Shown here in pieces: positions 46,476 through 56,697 of a stretch of DNA of 64,000 nucleotides (position 1 is its first letter; the number at the start of each line of letters is the position of its first letter). The notes below the pieces were generated by a model. It saw only the letters and a program-made list of their open reading frames with translations, searched no databases and was not told where the DNA came from. Origin of the DNA: a candidate division WWE3 bacterium GW2011_GWC2_41_23 (GTDB lineage Bacteria; Patescibacteriota; WWE3; UBA101185; UBA10185). Location: contig LCBB01000005.1 in the NCBI GenBank assembly GCA_000996895.1, forward strand, positions 11,421 to 75,420, written 5' to 3'. Both the position numbers and the translations under genes were made by a program.

Positions 46476-47531
46476 TCATTCGATGTTTCCAACACTACCT
46501 TCTTCAGCATTTATCCATGTTCCGTGAGAGCCTCCGTGATATATCCAACCCCACCAGTTATAAGAAAAAATGCTGGTTTCTTCAAAATACTGGTCTACCC
46601 AAGAAACATAAGTACATACTGTGGTAACGATATTACATTCATAATCAATCGTTTCCACGTTTCCTTTTGTTTCCCACAAGGGGGTTTCTAGTAAATTACC
46701 TGTTATCGTTGCTCTATATCCTCCTTGAAAGGTGCCATCTTCATCGCCATCGAGAGTAGATATATCGCCTGCACCTGGGCTATTCATGTCTTTTTGGGCG
46801 TCAAACTGACCTTCGTACCTGGCTATAGCGCAGTATGTATTTTCACCATCGGTTGTTTTCCAAACCTGTATCTGTCTATTGTTATTGTCGTATGCCCAGT
46901 AACCGTGAAACCCAGAATCAATGTCATTCTTTATTTTCATTGTAATATTAATTACTGGTTTCCCGATTTTGTTAGTACACGCCGAGGCATTTACTTCTGA
47001 GCCCCAATCTAATGTGTACTCCCCTATTGCTACAAATGAGTAAGTTCGATCTGTAGCAGAGCTTCCAAAACCATCTTCAGGGTCAATAACATCTCCCACT
47101 TCTGGTAGTCCGAAGTTGTTTGGTGTCCAGTAACTAGCTGAACCGTCATAAACATAGGGGACGGTGCCTGTAGATGCGAAATAGAGGCCTATATTCCAAT
47201 CTTTTTCGACGTGAACTGGAGTTAGGGGCTCGAATGTGTTTACTCCTATATACTCAGGTGTTATTTCGTCGCTTACCCAGATTACAGAGGATACATCATC
47301 CACAACTACGAAACGAAACGCGTTAACATTAGACGCCCAGTAACTAAAGGATACCAAGTCTCCCGAAAAGTCTGCTGGATTATTAGTGTCAATAATGGTG
47401 AAGTTACTATACGTGTCTATGTTAGGTCTTGCGTTGGAGTCATTTCCAACTGTTAAATCTGCCGCAAAAACCGGCATCACAAAAGCAAAAAACAATGCTA
47501 GGGAAAAAATGCTCTTTAATATCTTGTTCAT
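46476..47531 (-). CDS. secreted beta-rich hypothetical protein
   Basis: GGGAGGTGA SD before ATG 47531 and a signal peptide ending PVFA. Confidence 0.7.
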   Translation of the reverse strand: MNKILKSIFSLALFFAFVMPVFAADLTVGNDSNARPNIDTYSNFTIIDTNNPADFSGDLVSFSYWASNVNAFRFVVVDDVSSVIWVSDEITPEYIGVNTFEPLTPVHVEKDWNIGLYFASTGTVPYVYDGSASYWTPNNFGLPEVGDVIDPEDGFGSSATDRTYSFVAIGEYTLDWGSEVNASACTNKIGKPVINITMKIKNDIDSGFHGYWAYDNNNRQIQVWKTTDGENTYCAIARYEGQFDAQKDMNSPGAGDISTLDGDEDGTFQGGYRATITGNLLETPLWETKGNVETIDYECNIVTTVCTYVSWVDQYFEETSIFSYNWWGWIYHGGSHGTWINAEEGSVGNIE

Positions 47532-47714
47532 TCTTTTCACCTCCCAATCCAAGAAATAAATAAAAAAAATCCGCATAAAAGCGGAATTGTCACAACTGAC
47601 TAAACTTCATGATTATTTTTAATCACTAATGTTATAGTATTTTAAAAATTTATTAAAGTAAAGCAACGGGGATTGAACAATTAAAGTAACCCCAATGCAC
47701 TTTGACTAGCCTGA

Positions 47715-48164
47715 TTAATGAAACCTTACTTTAATCTCAATACTGTCATGCAAACCCTCTAAATCCGAAGGATTATCCCTTTGAAGAGACAGCAAACCGT
47801 CATTTGTAGGGGGCACCGAAAAGTTTATAACTGCCTCAAATTCTACGTAATCTTCCGTCATCCACTCACCCTTTGCCGTAGCGTACCCGTCAACAAAATC
47901 CTCCCCGACGCCGTAATATAAAGTAAGCGGGAAAGTCCCCTCAAAGAACCAGGATCCCCTTGCCCTGCCCTTCACTATTAAAGGACTACTGACCACATCA
48001 TTAGGTTTTGGATAATCTACGATCATTTCGGGGGTTTCTACGGGAGTTTGAACGATGCGGTTAGGTATATTTACCGGCGGATTTTTAATTTTAAAAGTCA
48101 CTATCAACCCGGCAGACGTTACTATTGTAAGTATTATTAGGAGGGCAAACGGTCTTTTATTCAT
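47715..48164 (-). CDS. Gmad2 immunoglobulin-like domain protein
   Basis: P...V.SPL.VKG.ARG.WFFEG.FP, WMTEDYV.F and DNPS motifs. Confidence 0.85.
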   Translation of the reverse strand: MNKRPFALLIILTIVTSAGLIVTFKIKNPPVNIPNRIVQTPVETPEMIVDYPKPNDVVSSPLIVKGRARGSWFFEGTFPLTLYYGVGEDFVDGYATAKGEWMTEDYVEFEAVINFSVPPTNDGLLSLQRDNPSDLEGLHDSIEIKVRFH

Positions 48165-48239
48165 AATAAAATTGTAGCACTAGGAAAGAAAGATGGTAGC
48201 CGGTGATTTGCAAATTAACCCCACACTATTGCCTTTTGT

Positions 48240-49190
48240 TTAATATATCCAGGGCGCGTCCTCGGATTTAGGAAAGAAATCGTCGTGCAACTTTTTTGGC
48301 TCGACTGCGAAAAGCATTTTGTAAGTAGCTAATGCAGTTTCAAGCTGTTGCCAGTAGTCTTCGTAGGGTTGTTCCCAAAAAACTGCTCCCTGCTCTTTTT
48401 TCTTTTCCATCCACCTGCACGCCCAAGCCGACGCAACTTTTTCTGATTCGATAATAGCGGGAGCATACTTATCTATCATGTCAGATAAAGGTTTTAAAAA
48501 CCCCATGGAATTTTCACGTATGTTTTTTTCTAAATCGCTTCTTTTGATATGGAGCAGGGAAACTAAATTTGTCGCTACTCTGGCATTGATATCAAAACGT
48601 TCCGGTTCGGTAGCAAGATGTTTGAGGTGTCCTATCTCATGTAAAACGAGAGGCACGTCCAGTCTCTCACGCGAGTACGTTCTATCGGCATACTTTACAA
48701 AGTCAGGGACGTAGATATTTTTTGTTTTTGCCGAAAGCCCAAGAGTAGTAAAACGGGGATGAGCACACAGCAAGATTTTCGACCCCGATTCTAATTCTTC
48801 AGTTAAATCCACGGTAACACCGCCCTCCCCCATCACGTACATGTGTTTAACTTGATAAAAATCGTAAAAACCTAATTCAGTAGTTTCTGTGTCACACTCG
48901 TAAATAATTTTATTTGATGCAAAATCCAGCGAGATAAATAGTGATGTTTCCTCGCGGCCTTTTTCATCGTTGAATGTTCCGATTGAATATTTAGCGTTTG
49001 TAAACCCATTTTTCGATATCTTTTCCTGAAGATCGGGAATACTTTTAAGTCCGTCTCCATACATAAACGCTCTATACTTCTCCATTCCCATAGCTGACAT
49101 TAAATTCGGGTGGTTTTCGGACAATATCTCCATTTTGTCCAGCACGTCGGTTTTATCCAGTCCTTGTTCAAAAGAGCTTTCCATCATCAT
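48240..49190 (-). CDS. hypothetical protein with HEXXH zinc-metallopeptidase motif
   Basis: VLHEIGH with a downstream E..A..WA helix. Confidence 0.55.
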   Translation of the reverse strand: MMMESSFEQGLDKTDVLDKMEILSENHPNLMSAMGMEKYRAFMYGDGLKSIPDLQEKISKNGFTNAKYSIGTFNDEKGREETSLFISLDFASNKIIYECDTETTELGFYDFYQVKHMYVMGEGGVTVDLTEELESGSKILLCAHPRFTTLGLSAKTKNIYVPDFVKYADRTYSRERLDVPLVLHEIGHLKHLATEPERFDINARVATNLVSLLHIKRSDLEKNIRENSMGFLKPLSDMIDKYAPAIIESEKVASAWACRWMEKKKEQGAVFWEQPYEDYWQQLETALATYKMLFAVEPKKLHDDFFPKSEDAPWIY

Positions 49191-49239
49191 ATAAAATTAT
49201 GACAGCGTATTGTTAGATTATCAATATTTGGGATATTAC

Positions 49240-49431
49240 TTATAAGTATGTTGGTTCCATGTTCATTGAACCGATTTCCAAAACTTTACCTGACGGTAAA
49301 AGTACGTAATATTACTTTATTTCGGTTGTCCGGAATGTTGATTCTTCGTAATCGCGGTGAGATTATACCCATTCCTCAGTCTTTGCGTAGTAAAACTCTA
49401 TCGTCTGCTTCTCTTTACCACTGTCAGACAT
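49240..49431 (-). pseudogene. degraded class I SAM methyltransferase 5' fragment
   Basis: In-frame translation MSDSGKEKQTIEFYYAKTEEWV*SHRDYEESTFRTTEIK*YYVLLPSGKVLEIGSMN contains two TAA stops and a truncated SAM motif I. Confidence 0.65.
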
Positions 49432-49434
49432 AAG

Positions 49435-49644
49435 CTAAACTTTTTTTCGGTTCTTAATATTTTCTATTACTAAGTATATTAACGGTAAAATTCCAACGGA
49501 ATTCACCACTAAAAGCGCTACAAACCAGTATTTTTGGCTATTACGGGAGCTTTTCCATAACGCGAGTCCTCTCAGAACCAAGTCCCACAAAATAAGCGGG
49601 TAAAATATGTAAGGATTTTGAGTGATTGCTTCTAATGGTTGCAT
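49435..49644 (-). CDS. DUF5652-like membrane protein
   Basis: W....G.ALWKS....QK.WF..L..VN..GILP.IY motif. Confidence 0.82.
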   Translation of the reverse strand: MQPLEAITQNPYIFYPLILWDLVLRGLALWKSSRNSQKYWFVALLVVNSVGILPLIYLVIENIKNRKKV

Positions 49645-49651
49645 AGTTAAG

Positions 49652-49969
49652 TTAGCTTAAAAATAAAGTAAAAATAAATAATGCGAAATAGATTAATCCC
49701 CACGCCACGGTCCACCCGATAAGAGTAAACGCCTCTTTATATTTTTTATCCCAAAACAAGACACCTGCACGTCCCAATATCATGACCGCAGAAATAACGG
49801 CGGATATTACAAAAAGGAGGAGCATTACGATGGGAGCATAAAATTCCGACACGGGCTTACTAAAAGTGGGAGTTACAAAGTTAAAAAAGAACGAAATTAA
49901 AATTAAATACACTACAAATCCGGAAGCCTGCAAAAAAGCCAAAAATGGAATGGAAAACTTTCTAATCAT
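49652..49969 (-). CDS. small membrane protein
   Basis: Three TM segments and LLLFVISA. Leaderless TATAAT upstream. Confidence 0.65.
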   Translation of the reverse strand: MIRKFSIPFLAFLQASGFVVYLILISFFFNFVTPTFSKPVSEFYAPIVMLLLFVISAVISAVMILGRAGVLFWDKKYKEAFTLIGWTVAWGLIYFALFIFTLFLS

Positions 49970-50067
49970 AAGTTTATTATACTCTTTCCGGCAGTTTTCA
50001 TTGTAAAATCCGTTAATTTATACGTTACGAATGTGTAATTCTTGTCTACAGGCTATAGGTAAAATTT

Positions 50068-50574
50068 TTATCTGCCCGCGGGTAAACTTTCGCACGCTTC
50101 TCCGTCCTTATCACCGTCTAATCTGTTGACGTCATTTCCCAGGCCGCCGACTTTTATATAAAAGTTTTGCGCCTCAGATTTAGTAGTAAAATCGTCGCAG
50201 TTGTAGTCGTTCGAAGCTTTACCTTTTGTAGAGTCGGTTGTTGTGTTACCGAAAACATCGAATAGAACGTTTCCTGATTCATCTCTTGTAACCTCGGACT
50301 GTTCAAAGGATTTTGTTTGGATTAATTTTTGCAAATCCCAATCGTTGTTTGAAACTTCCATACCAAGAGCTGCTAACAGTGCCACAAAAGCGACTGCTAA
50401 TGCAATTCTGGCCTTTTCCCATACTATAAAAAGTACAGCGACCACGGCCAATAAAAATATTATTACACCGAGCCTTACTTTTTTATTCCCGCGGATATTT
50501 TTTTTGGGTTTTTCAATTTTCGCCGCACTGACCGTATCTTCCGTAGCTGTGTTTGAAATATTATTTTCTTCCAT
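50068..50574 (-). CDS. membrane protein with Excalibur Ca-binding domain
   Basis: DYNCDDF....EAQ.F ... [11 protein letters not shown] motif. Confidence 0.85.
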   Translation of the reverse strand: MEENNISNTATEDTVSAAKIEKPKKNIRGNKKVRLGVIIFLLAVVAVLFIVWEKARIALAVAFVALLAALGMEVSNNDWDLQKLIQTKSFEQSEVTRDESGNVLFDVFGNTTTDSTKGKASNDYNCDDFTTKSEAQNFYIKVGGLGNDVNRLDGDKDGEACESLPAGR

Positions 50575-50748
50575 GTCTTGAGTATACTATTATTTGTATA
50601 GCGCTCAAGTTATATTCTCGGTGTCCTCACACATATTTGGCTTCCCTAATTTTAGATTTGACACCCCAACCTACGTGGGTATAATGGGTACAATTTCCCA
50701 AATGCATTCAAATCTAAGTGCATACCTAAAGCCAAAAATGGAGGCGAT

Positions 50749-51075
50749 ATGAGCGGTTATTTTCTCTACGTCACGTGGTTAATTTTCACCGGTTTGGTGC
50801 TGGAGTTACTACTTTTGAGCAGTGTTATGTTGCCGAGTGTGGCCGCATCTGCAGCCTTTTTTCTTTCAGAACACCTAAAATCCGCACCTCTTGTTCCGGA
50901 ATTGACTGACGAGGAGTGGGAGTATTTGTTGTGGGAATATGAGAAAGAAAAATTCCCGTCCGGGAAAAAAAGTACCTCTATGGATAAGCCGGAGCGCGGG
51001 AAACCGCCGGAAGAAAAACGTAAAGAAAAAGAGTTCGAACCGATCGATACAGATTCGTTGTCTTTTTTACATTAA
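50749..51075 (+). CDS. hypothetical membrane-anchored protein
   Basis: TTGACA-16-TATAAT promoter, GGAGG SD and a palindrome after the stop. Confidence 0.5.
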   Translation: MSGYFLYVTWLIFTGLVLELLLLSSVMLPSVAASAAFFLSEHLKSAPLVPELTDEEWEYLLWEYEKEKFPSGKKSTSMDKPERGKPPEEKRKEKEFEPIDTDSLSFLH

Positions 51076-51259
51076 AAAGGACGGTTCGGAAATACAAACC
51101 GGAGAATTTTTGCAAAAATTTTCTTCGGTTTACTTTTTGGAGGAATGTGAAAATATTTCATTTTGTTTTCACATTACTGTGCTAAATACCGAGCTTTACT
51201 AATCTTTGTACCTATAGTATTATCCTGGCAATCAGGATAGCCAATAAAAAGGAGACGAA

Positions 51260-51799
51260 ATGGACTTTCGAGATAGACTGATAGCTTTGACGGACGTCGA
51301 GACAACAGGTCTGGACGCAAGCGTTTACGAAATAATCGAAGTCGGACTTGTGGTATTCGACCAGAGAACCTTCGAAATAAAGAATACGCTTGATATTAAA
51401 GTGATGCCACAACATCCGGAGGTTTTTTCTCCGATGGCCATGGAAATAAACGGCTACACCAAGAAAGCCTGGAAAAAATCGTTTCCGCTGGATTACGTGA
51501 TGCGGCTTTACAGCGAAAAGACTGTAGACGCGATGTTCTGCTCCCATAACGTCACATTTGACTGGTCTTTCATTGAAGCAGCCTTTAAAAAGACCGAAGT
51601 GGTAAATTATATGGATTACCACCGTATCGATCTTCTTACGCTAGCCTGGAGCAAACTGCGGAACACAGGACTGGAAAGACTGAAGATGGCTGCAGTAGCC
51701 TTGCATCTGGGAATACCCGAAGAACCCCAACCCCACCGCGCTTTTACCGGGGTCATGACCGAGTACGAGATTTTCAAGAAACTGTTAACAGATTATTAA
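51260..51799 (+). CDS. DEDDh 3'-5' exonuclease (DnaQ-like)
   Basis: DVETTGL, HNVTFD..F and HRA motifs. The final Asp appears to be replaced (HRAFTG). Confidence 0.85.
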   Translation: MDFRDRLIALTDVETTGLDASVYEIIEVGLVVFDQRTFEIKNTLDIKVMPQHPEVFSPMAMEINGYTKKAWKKSFPLDYVMRLYSEKTVDAMFCSHNVTFDWSFIEAAFKKTEVVNYMDYHRIDLLTLAWSKLRNTGLERLKMAAVALHLGIPEEPQPHRAFTGVMTEYEIFKKLLTDY

Positions 51800-51900
51800 C
51801 AGCACTAAAACTCCGATTTTTAACAAAAAGTCGGAGTTTCTCTTTTAAGCTATATCACGCTAACCTTGATATTACTTTCCAAAGATAATATTATTTATTA

Positions 51901-53070
51901 ATGTTTAAGTCCCGCCGTGCCGGCACTTTTTTCTCACTTCTTTTTCTTTTAATAATAATCATTTTAATAACCGTCGATTTAACAAAACCTTTTTTGTGTT
52001 TTAATGAAAAAAAGCAGAACCCACAAGAAACGTTCGAGAAAAACCTGGAAAGATCTCTAATACTATATGGAAATTGGTTTATAAAAAATCAAACCGACGC
52101 CGGAGATTTTAATTATGAGCTAAATGTAGATACCGGAGAAAAGATACCCAATTACAACATCGTAAGACAGGCCGGCAGTTTTTATTCCCTAACCCATGCG
52201 TATAAATACACTAAAAACGACAACTACAAGAAAGGCATTGAAAAAGGAATAATTTTTTTTGAAAATCTTATTGAAGAAGTAGAGGGGAACGTTCCTATGT
52301 CACGAATTAAACACGAAGGAACCATTCAATCTAATACGGTAGCTGTATACCTTTTAGCTCTTATTGAATATATAGAGACGGATAATACTGATAAAGATAA
52401 ATATTTGGAAACATCAACCAAGTTGGCAAACTATCTTTTATACACCCAACGGAATGATGGAAGTTTTTTGCAAAGACTAGATCCCGCGGAAGAGTCTGAC
52501 TACAATAATGGCGAATCTTTTTACGCTCTTATTAGAATGTACAAATTGAGCGGCGATAAAAGATACCTGACGGGTGCTACAAAGGCTGCTGATTACATAA
52601 TATTAAAGTACTCCGCCGAACCTTTTAACTACTCTGTATTCGCGTGGGCGATGCAAGGGATGGCGCATCTTTATAGCGTTGAACATGACAGTAAATATTG
52701 GGATTTTATGAAGTCTTACACAGACTCTTATTTTAAACGCGGTGGAAATACGGCAAATTTGTATTTTAGAGGTTACAAAGTTCCTCCTCCGAAAGGTAAC
52801 TTGGGTGTGTACTTAGAAGGTTTGGCTCATGTTGCTTGGACCGCAAAAGAAACCGACCCCTATTACTATTCAGAAGTGTCACTTTTTATCAAAAAATCCT
52901 TGGAATATTTAATGTCGCTCCAGATTAACGGTCCAGCTTCTGAAAGAAAATCAGCAATACCTTGGATTTCGGGAGGAATCTGCTATGACTATCGGTGCAA
53001 AACGCAGCGTATCGATATTACTCACCATAATTTGTCGGCAATCTATTTTTATTTAACATACGTAAAATGA
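51901..53070 (+). CDS. membrane-anchored (alpha/alpha)-barrel glycosidase/cyclase-like protein
   Basis: Q...G.F repeats, YNIVRQAG, YNNGE and RID...H.LSA motifs. Confidence 0.5.
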   Translation: MFKSRRAGTFFSLLFLLIIIILITVDLTKPFLCFNEKKQNPQETFEKNLERSLILYGNWFIKNQTDAGDFNYELNVDTGEKIPNYNIVRQAGSFYSLTHAYKYTKNDNYKKGIEKGIIFFENLIEEVEGNVPMSRIKHEGTIQSNTVAVYLLALIEYIETDNTDKDKYLETSTKLANYLLYTQRNDGSFLQRLDPAEESDYNNGESFYALIRMYKLSGDKRYLTGATKAADYIILKYSAEPFNYSVFAWAMQGMAHLYSVEHDSKYWDFMKSYTDSYFKRGGNTANLYFRGYKVPPPKGNLGVYLEGLAHVAWTAKETDPYYYSEVSLFIKKSLEYLMSLQINGPASERKSAIPWISGGICYDYRCKTQRIDITHHNLSAIYFYLTYVK

Positions 53071-53185
53071 AAATCTTTTGCCAACGAAACTTAATAAACT
53101 TTCCATGTCATAAAATGTAAAGGTAAGTTCGCGTAAAATATTAGTAAGAGCCAAAAATTAATAAGATAAATAGCCGCGGAACAAC

Positions 53186-53686
53186 TTAAAGGTTAGCCAG
53201 TTTTTCAGTATTCTTTTCCTGGATTTGTATCATATTTTTCATGCTTTGGATTTTTTGTTGGATTTGGTCCAAAAGCGTTTGCTTTATTGCCGCAAACTCT
53301 TCGCGGTTGATTAATCTAACTCTTCTCACCTTACTGTCGTAGTTTATTTCGCTGTGCTCAAAAATAATGTAGTGTTCGGGGTCGAGTTTTAATAAAGAGG
53401 CCTCGGCGGGCAGGTGACGTACAAGTCTGTCGTATTCCGCGTCTCCGCTTAAATTTTCTTCTAGACTAAATATCTTATCGATAAATTTTTTGACACTTGT
53501 CATGGCTCCTTCGTTTTCGCCGGGCGTTAGGTTTTCGTAATAGTACCCCGCTTCCCAAACCCTTTTGTGGGTAATTACCTCCACTGCAAGAAGTCCTTGT
53601 AAGATAAAGTCTTTATTTTCCAGTGTTATGTTTCCTATAGTTTCCAAACTGTAGGTTTTTTCAAACATACTTTCCAGTGATTCCAC
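53186..53686 (-). CDS. hypothetical protein
   Basis: 166-aa ORF with TACTAT 6 nt before the GTG start. Confidence 0.55.
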   Translation of the reverse strand: MESLESMFEKTYSLETIGNITLENKDFILQGLLAVEVITHKRVWEAGYYYENLTPGENEGAMTSVKKFIDKIFSLEENLSGDAEYDRLVRHLPAEASLLKLDPEHYIIFEHSEINYDSKVRRVRLINREEFAAIKQTLLDQIQQKIQSMKNMIQIQEKNTEKLANL

Positions 53687-53775
53687 CTATTTATAGTATG
53701 GGGTTGGATTTTTACTGTCAATGCAAATTCTGCAGATTTTTTAAAAATCCATAAGCACGTTGGGTACGGGTGATA

Positions 53776-56265
53776 TTATTTTGCGGGATTTATATGACTT
53801 GCAGTTTGTCCGTAAGGAATATTAATTGGTTTAGAGCGGTTCACAACTTTTTTAAAAAGCTCGATTGAGAAAAATACCGAAATTGAAAAGCCAAACGCTA
53901 CCAACCAATAATTAACAGTTAACGCACTGAGGACGAAAAACTGTCTTGAAGCGGCTGTAGAAAAGGGTAGAAATTGAAGCGCTAACCCGGCAAAGACAGC
54001 CATTATCAAGTATTTATTATTAAATAAGTGGTTTTTCCAAAAGGGTTTTTTCGGGTCTTTTACCGCAAAGACATAGACTAGGGAGTTTAATCCGATGGTG
54101 ATAAATGTGACCGAACGGGCCAGAATTACATCTCCCGTGGAGTTATAGATATATATGAATGAAGATAAGGCGATAAGTCCTACAAGAAAGCTTACAAAAG
54201 CAATCAAAAATACCATTTTCTTGTTAACAAGAAGTTCCTTGGAAGAACGGGGAGCTTCATACATAATATCTTTTCTTTTAGGATCTACTGTTAGGGCAAG
54301 ATTTGGAAACCCGTCTGATACTAGGTTAATCCAAAGTATTTGAACGGCAGTCAGAGGCAAAGGAAGTCCCAAAATTATCCCGCCCAGAACTACGATAATT
54401 TCTCCGAAAGCGTCGCACAAAAGATAAAGTGTTACCTTTCTAATATTTTCAAACATCACCCTGCCCTCCTCTATCGCACCGATAATCGTGGAAAAATTTG
54501 AGTCGAGTAAAACCAAATCGGCAGATTCCTTCGCAACGTCAGAAGATTCTCCTACTACTACCCCGATGTCAGATTTATGTAAAGCCGGGGCGTCGTTTAC
54601 CCCGTCTCCTATCATGGCTACAACCTCGCCGTTATTTTTCAGCGCTTCTACGATTAAAAGTTTTTGATCGGGGGTTGTTCTGGCAAAAAGACGTATATTT
54701 TTTACATGGCGGGTGAGTTCTTCGGCGGAAAGTACGGCAAGCTGATCCCCGGTCATTATCTCATCTTTAGAAACCGAGATTTCCAGTTCCGAAAGTACAA
54801 ACTCGGAAGTATTGGCATAATCTCCCGTTATAACAACTACCCTGATACCTGCAATTCTGGCTTGCTCCAGGACGTCTTTTACTCCCATTCTCACCGGATC
54901 CGAAAAAACCAAAAGACCTACCCAGGTTAAATCACTTTTGGCATCGTCGTTATCTAAAACCTGTTTATCAATGTTTACTTCTTTTCTAGCAAAACCTACT
55001 ACCCTTTTTCCCTGCTTTGTCAGTTTATCTATGGATGAATGGATTTCTGATTTTTCATCTTTCGTCAAAGTTGTTCCTTGGAGAAGTATTTCAGGGGCGC
55101 CGTTCACAAAAATCATATTTTTGTCGTCAGTCCACTTACTTAGACATATGAAAAAGCGTTCTTTGGATGAAAAAGGAATGCTGTCAATTCTCGGAAGGCC
55201 CGGTGACGGATCCCCCATTATTTGTTTACCCCACTCATAGGCCGAAATAACAATAGGATCGTCCAGGTCGTTTGCAAGTAGTGTCTGAACAGCTAATTCT
55301 TTTTCGTTTCCGATAAAATCGACTACTTCCATTTGTCCCTGTGTTAATGTTCCTGTTTTATCAACGCATATTACGGTTACTCCGCCTAAAGTTTCGGCAG
55401 CCGCCAGTTTTCTCACAAGCCCTTTACGTTTCAAGATCTTTTGCATCCCTACTGCAAGAACAACTGTCAAAGAAACCAAAAGACCTTCGGGAATACTTGA
55501 GACAGCTAAAGCAACCGAAGTGGTAAATATTTCAACTAAACTGAATTTGTGTATAAGACCTACGACAAATACAACTGTAACTAACACTCCTATTACAATC
55601 AGCAGTTGTTTACTGAATGACTTCAATTGTCTTTGAAGAGGGGTTACTTCCTTTTCCTCCTGAATTTCCTGCGCGATCTTTCCCATCTTTGTTGTTGTAC
55701 CTGTAGCCTCAACCTGCATAACTGCCTGTCCTGAAACGACCGTGGTTCCCATATAAAGCTCGTCGTCTTTAACTTTTTCCACCGCGGCACTTTCGCCGGT
55801 TAATATAGATTCATTAAGGTGTAAACGGTTCGAGGATAATATTTTGCCGTCGGCGGGTATTTTGTCTCCCTGGCCAAGTATTACGATGTCGCCCGGTACT
55901 ATCTGACTGGTATCAATTAAAACCCTATTACCGTCTCTTATAACCGTTGCTTCATCCGAAATGAATTTTTTTAAAGCGGCCAAAGCATTGGATGTTCGGT
56001 ACTCCTGTATAAACCCGAGCGTTGTATTGATTGCCACGGCCAGAAGTATTATAAAAGCGTTTGCGTATTCTCCGATAAAAAAAGTTACGACTGCGGATGC
56101 GAGCAAAACGTATACCAGCGGGCTTTTTAATTGTGAAGAGAATAAATAAAATTTGCTGGGCGGCGCTTTTTCAGGAAGTATGTTAAGGCCGTATTGTTCT
56201 TGCCGCTCAACTATTTCGGTGCTTGTTAGTCCTTTTTCTTCTGTTAAAAACGGATATTTGACCAT
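53776..56265 (-). CDS. P-type cation-transporting ATPase (type IIA-like)
   Basis: TGES, PEGL, DKTGTLT, GDGVNDAPAL and QILWINL motifs. Confidence 0.96.
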   Translation of the reverse strand: MVKYPFLTEEKGLTSTEIVERQEQYGLNILPEKAPPSKFYLFSSQLKSPLVYVLLASAVVTFFIGEYANAFIILLAVAINTTLGFIQEYRTSNALAALKKFISDEATVIRDGNRVLIDTSQIVPGDIVILGQGDKIPADGKILSSNRLHLNESILTGESAAVEKVKDDELYMGTTVVSGQAVMQVEATGTTTKMGKIAQEIQEEKEVTPLQRQLKSFSKQLLIVIGVLVTVVFVVGLIHKFSLVEIFTTSVALAVSSIPEGLLVSLTVVLAVGMQKILKRKGLVRKLAAAETLGGVTVICVDKTGTLTQGQMEVVDFIGNEKELAVQTLLANDLDDPIVISAYEWGKQIMGDPSPGLPRIDSIPFSSKERFFICLSKWTDDKNMIFVNGAPEILLQGTTLTKDEKSEIHSSIDKLTKQGKRVVGFARKEVNIDKQVLDNDDAKSDLTWVGLLVFSDPVRMGVKDVLEQARIAGIRVVVITGDYANTSEFVLSELEISVSKDEIMTGDQLAVLSAEELTRHVKNIRLFARTTPDQKLLIVEALKNNGEVVAMIGDGVNDAPALHKSDIGVVVGESSDVAKESADLVLLDSNFSTIIGAIEEGRVMFENIRKVTLYLLCDAFGEIIVVLGGIILGLPLPLTAVQILWINLVSDGFPNLALTVDPKRKDIMYEAPRSSKELLVNKKMVFLIAFVSFLVGLIALSSFIYIYNSTGDVILARSVTFITIGLNSLVYVFAVKDPKKPFWKNHLFNNKYLIMAVFAGLALQFLPFSTAASRQFFVLSALTVNYWLVAFGFSISVFFSIELFKKVVNRSKPINIPYGQTASHINPAK

Positions 56266-56355
56266 AGTTTCGTACTTTTAAAGTATATCAATTATTTAAA
56301 TAGCGGGGAATAAATTCAAGGCTCGCGTAGAGGTGGGTCTAAAATTATGCGGTAT

Positions 56356-56697
56356 CTAGAAAATATTTTTAATAGCGTCCAATTTTTTTTCAAGAAACCC
56401 CCTCGTATCGCCGGTTTTATAGGAATGACCAAAACAAATACTGTTACACCTGAGAAAACACTTCATAGTAGATTTGCACTGAAAGTCTGCTGAAATACCT
56501 AGACAGCCCTCAACGACACCACCCTCCGGTAACGTACAGTTCAAATCCTGAAGACCGCCTTGTAATCCTGAACTTTGTTCGGATTCACAATAATCCTTAC
56601 AGGTTTTGTTAAATTTGGTATTAGTATATTTTTCAGGAAACAATACAACAGCTATCACTACCAATAATGTTATAAGTATTATCTTCTTTGTGCTCAT
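56356..56697 (-). CDS. small secreted Cys-rich protein
   Basis: Signal/anchor sequence and 8 Cys. Its start overlaps the hypC stop. Confidence 0.55.
   Translation of the reverse strand: MSTKKIILITLLVVIAVVLFPEKYTNTKFNKTCKDYCESEQSSGLQGGLQDLNCTLPEGGVVEGCLGISADFQCKSTMKCFLRCNSICFGHSYKTGDTRGFLEKKLDAIKNIF

Noticed and set aside
49240-49431. Stop-codon recoding
   Set aside because: TAA, TAG and TGA all terminate intact genes throughout the window and this fragment is also truncated, so it reflects decay.
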